A stretch of DNA of 22,248 nt, taken from the IMG/VR virus record IMGVR_UViG_2778261418_000019, positions 1-22,248 of that record; one strand, written 5' to 3'. The notes below the pieces were generated by a model. The model was not told where the DNA came from. It saw only the letters and a list, made by a program, of their open reading frames with translations, and made no database searches. The position numbers were made by a program, and so were the translations under genes. This document shows, piece by piece, positions 20,067-22,248 of this stretch (within the stretch, counting starts at the first letter, position 1; the number at the start of each line of letters is the position of its first letter). This DNA is from a virus (taxonomy: Duplodnaviria; Heunggongvirae; Uroviricota; Caudoviricetes).

Positions 20067-20458
20067 TGGCAAATTTACATAATGAAATAATGAAACATAT
20101 TGAAGATGCACTAGCTAACCCTTATTCCTTCGGTACTAATGATTGTAATATTGTTGCCTTACGAGTAGTTGATACTATTAAAGGTACTAAATGGTCAGAA
20201 GTAGCGGAATACTCATCTTTAAAAGAGGGAGTAGCACAACTACATGAACTAGGATTTAACAGTACACAAGATATTATCATTCAGGAATGTACACAGGTTG
20301 AAATCCCAATTGATGGTGATATTTGGCTAGATCCAGATAACCCATTGCTAATGGCAGTAGTGGTATCTGGTCGCCTATTGGGTGTCAATGATGAACATGA
20401 CGCTTTCGTACTAATCAATAAAAAGAAAAACGGAACTTACTATAGGAGTAACAAATAA
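20066..20458 (+). CDS. gpK-position protein, possible NlpC/P60-like (130 aa)
   Basis: TAATG-coupled ATG at 20066 with a GGAAGA RBS. GTNDCNIVALRVVD followed by DGDIWLD...MAVVVSG loosely fits the cysteine peptidase pattern. Confidence 0.4.
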   Translation: MANLHNEIMKHIEDALANPYSFGTNDCNIVALRVVDTIKGTKWSEVAEYSSLKEGVAQLHELGFNSTQDIIIQECTQVEIPIDGDIWLDPDNPLLMAVVVSGRLLGVNDEHDAFVLINKKKNGTYYRSNK

Positions 20459-22248
20459 TGGGTAGTGGTGGTGGAATATTCGGAGCACTAATAACGGCGG
20501 TCATGGTCGCGGCAGCAGTCTACACGGCTGGTACTTCTACACTATTAGTAGCGGCCTATTGGGGAGCGGCAGCAGGAGCACTATCATTAGTCGCTACCAG
20601 TATGCTAGGTCAGGTAGGAGGGCTTACGGGATACTCCGATGTAGCCAGTGCATTACAGCGTTCTACAAGTCCTACAAGTGGTTTACCTGTCATATATGGC
20701 GGTAGTGCACCACATAAAAACGGTGTATCTGGTGGCAGCTTCATTCTAACTGGTGTAATCAATAACTGGTATAACGTAAAAGATGATAGCTCTCAATATT
20801 TCTTTAGTGAGCAAGTCGTGTCAATGACAGGTACGGCAAAACATATTGAACAAATTTACATGGACGATGAACCAGTATTAGCAGTACCGATAACTACAGA
20901 TGGCGTAGTACCGAAAGCTAGTATCGTGTCTAAATTCCAACCGTATCTACAATTGGAAGTTAGATTTGGTGGTAATTACACAACCACAAAAACATTAGCA
21001 AAACAATATGCTGGGCCGAAATGGACTGATAAATTCTTAGGGAAAGGTGTAGTATCTATTTCATCGGTAATCTATAAAACCGAAGATTCCACAATGGATG
21101 GTATCCTCACTAATGATAACTTCAATATGACCGTAGAAATGAAAGGACAGGTAATCTATGATTTTAATAGTGGTACTAATTTCGCTACTTCATGCCCTGC
21201 AAGTCAGGTTTATGATTATCTCGTTAATACTACCTATGGTCTGGGACTAGAACCCGCTTTAATCAATCAGCAATCATTCTCTGAAGTTAGTCAATGGTGT
21301 TTCCAACAGGGACTAACTTCCAATATTAGTATGTCTTATCAGTCAACATATAAAGAGAATATAGAATCAATTCTACAGGCTTGTGGCGGTATTCTTTATG
21401 TACACGCAGGACAAGTTTGTATAACTGTAGACCGTAAAACTCTATCAGTACATACCTATGATGAATCAAATATTATTGGTGATGCAAGCGTATCTACTTC
21501 GGGTAATAATGACTACTATAATACAATTGATGCAACCTATACCGCAGTTAAGAACCAGTATACAAGCGATGTATTGCGTATTCCTTCGGATATTAGCACG
21601 GATGAAGCAATTAAGAGTGATGGTCTAGTTATTACCCTAGCACGTGATTTTAAAGCCGTATACGATGAAGAAGTAGTAGCACGACTAGTAAACGCCGAAC
21701 TACGTAAAACTAAATTCAGTCTACGTACTGTAACCTTTACCAGTGCCGAAGCGTGGGATCTCAAAGTATGGGATAGTATTACTGTTAATATCAAGGAATT
21801 GATGGTAGCTGGTAAGTTTAAGGTATTGAGTAAATCAGTAGCAACAGATCAACAGAACGTAGGCTTCTGTACTGTTACTTGTCTTGAATATCCTGATGCA
21901 ATCTTTGACGGTACAGATCCGGGTGTATGGAGTCCTGGCGGTGTTATCGGTGGTGGGTCAGCACGTATTGTACAACCTCCTACTAATCTAGTAATTACCC
22001 GCAAAGGTGATATTGTATCTGGCTCAGTAGTTAATATGTCGTGGACTGCTTCACCTTCTAGTAATGTTCGTGGTTACTATACATACTATCGCAAAACAGG
22101 TACAACCAACTGGACAGCAGCAGGTCAGACAGTACCGACACAGTTAGAGTTTGATTTATACGGACTAGATCCAGATACAAACTGTGACTTTGCAGTAGCT
22201 GCATATATGGATTTGCCCCTATATTTCCAGACACCTGTTATCACTTAA
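20458..22248 (+). CDS. tail tip / central fibre protein, gpJ-like with a gpI-like N-terminus (596 aa)
   Basis: The N-terminus GGGIFGALITAVMVAAAVYTAGTSTLLVAAYWGAAAGAL...GLPVIYGG resembles the lambda gpI C-terminal region. The middle matches J-like blocks. An FN3-like domain (PPTNLVITRKG...YYTYYRKTGTTNWT...FAVAAY) lies at the C-terminus. TAA falls exactly at the window end. Confidence 0.8.
   Translation: MGSGGGIFGALITAVMVAAAVYTAGTSTLLVAAYWGAAAGALSLVATSMLGQVGGLTGYSDVASALQRSTSPTSGLPVIYGGSAPHKNGVSGGSFILTGVINNWYNVKDDSSQYFFSEQVVSMTGTAKHIEQIYMDDEPVLAVPITTDGVVPKASIVSKFQPYLQLEVRFGGNYTTTKTLAKQYAGPKWTDKFLGKGVVSISSVIYKTEDSTMDGILTNDNFNMTVEMKGQVIYDFNSGTNFATSCPASQVYDYLVNTTYGLGLEPALINQQSFSEVSQWCFQQGLTSNISMSYQSTYKENIESILQACGGILYVHAGQVCITVDRKTLSVHTYDESNIIGDASVSTSGNNDYYNTIDATYTAVKNQYTSDVLRIPSDISTDEAIKSDGLVITLARDFKAVYDEEVVARLVNAELRKTKFSLRTVTFTSAEAWDLKVWDSITVNIKELMVAGKFKVLSKSVATDQQNVGFCTVTCLEYPDAIFDGTDPGVWSPGGVIGGGSARIVQPPTNLVITRKGDIVSGSVVNMSWTASPSSNVRGYYTYYRKTGTTNWTAAGQTVPTQLEFDLYGLDPDTNCDFAVAAYMDLPLYFQTPVIT

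Overview
The window reads as a phage or prophage segment. It is AT-rich, and every convincing gene but one lies on the + strand. Bases 1-4400 form an accessory or early-type block of small genes with no recognisable function. This block holds one minus-strand gene behind back-to-back sigma70-like promoters with inverted repeats, three 28-33 aa hydrophobic mini-ORFs, and a possible FlhD-like/H-NS-like pair. It also holds a lipoprotein and two tandem secreted paralogs, with hairpin terminators at both ends of the block. Bases 4372-4684 are an AT-rich non-coding region, probably cos. From 4685 to the window end runs a lambda-like packaging, head and tail module. In order it encodes a Nu1-like TerS, a GpA-family TerL, a gpW-like protein, a lambda-family portal and one ORF fusing an HK97-type protease, an acidic linker and the major capsid protein. 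Then come an FII-like connector, a possible tail terminator, a 1244-aa tube-fibre fusion, the 152-aa major tail protein and G/GT chaperones with an A8 slippery site. The module ends with a tape measure gene broken by a frameshift and an M/L/K/I-J-like tail tip. The most unusual item is the 1244-aa protein. Its N-terminus is a paralog of the tail tube protein, and the rest is a long fibre ending in an S74-type self-cleaving chaperone. I saw no tRNA, rRNA, CRISPR array, integrase or lysis cassette. All homology calls come from reading the translations by eye and from memory, and need HMM or BLAST confirmation.
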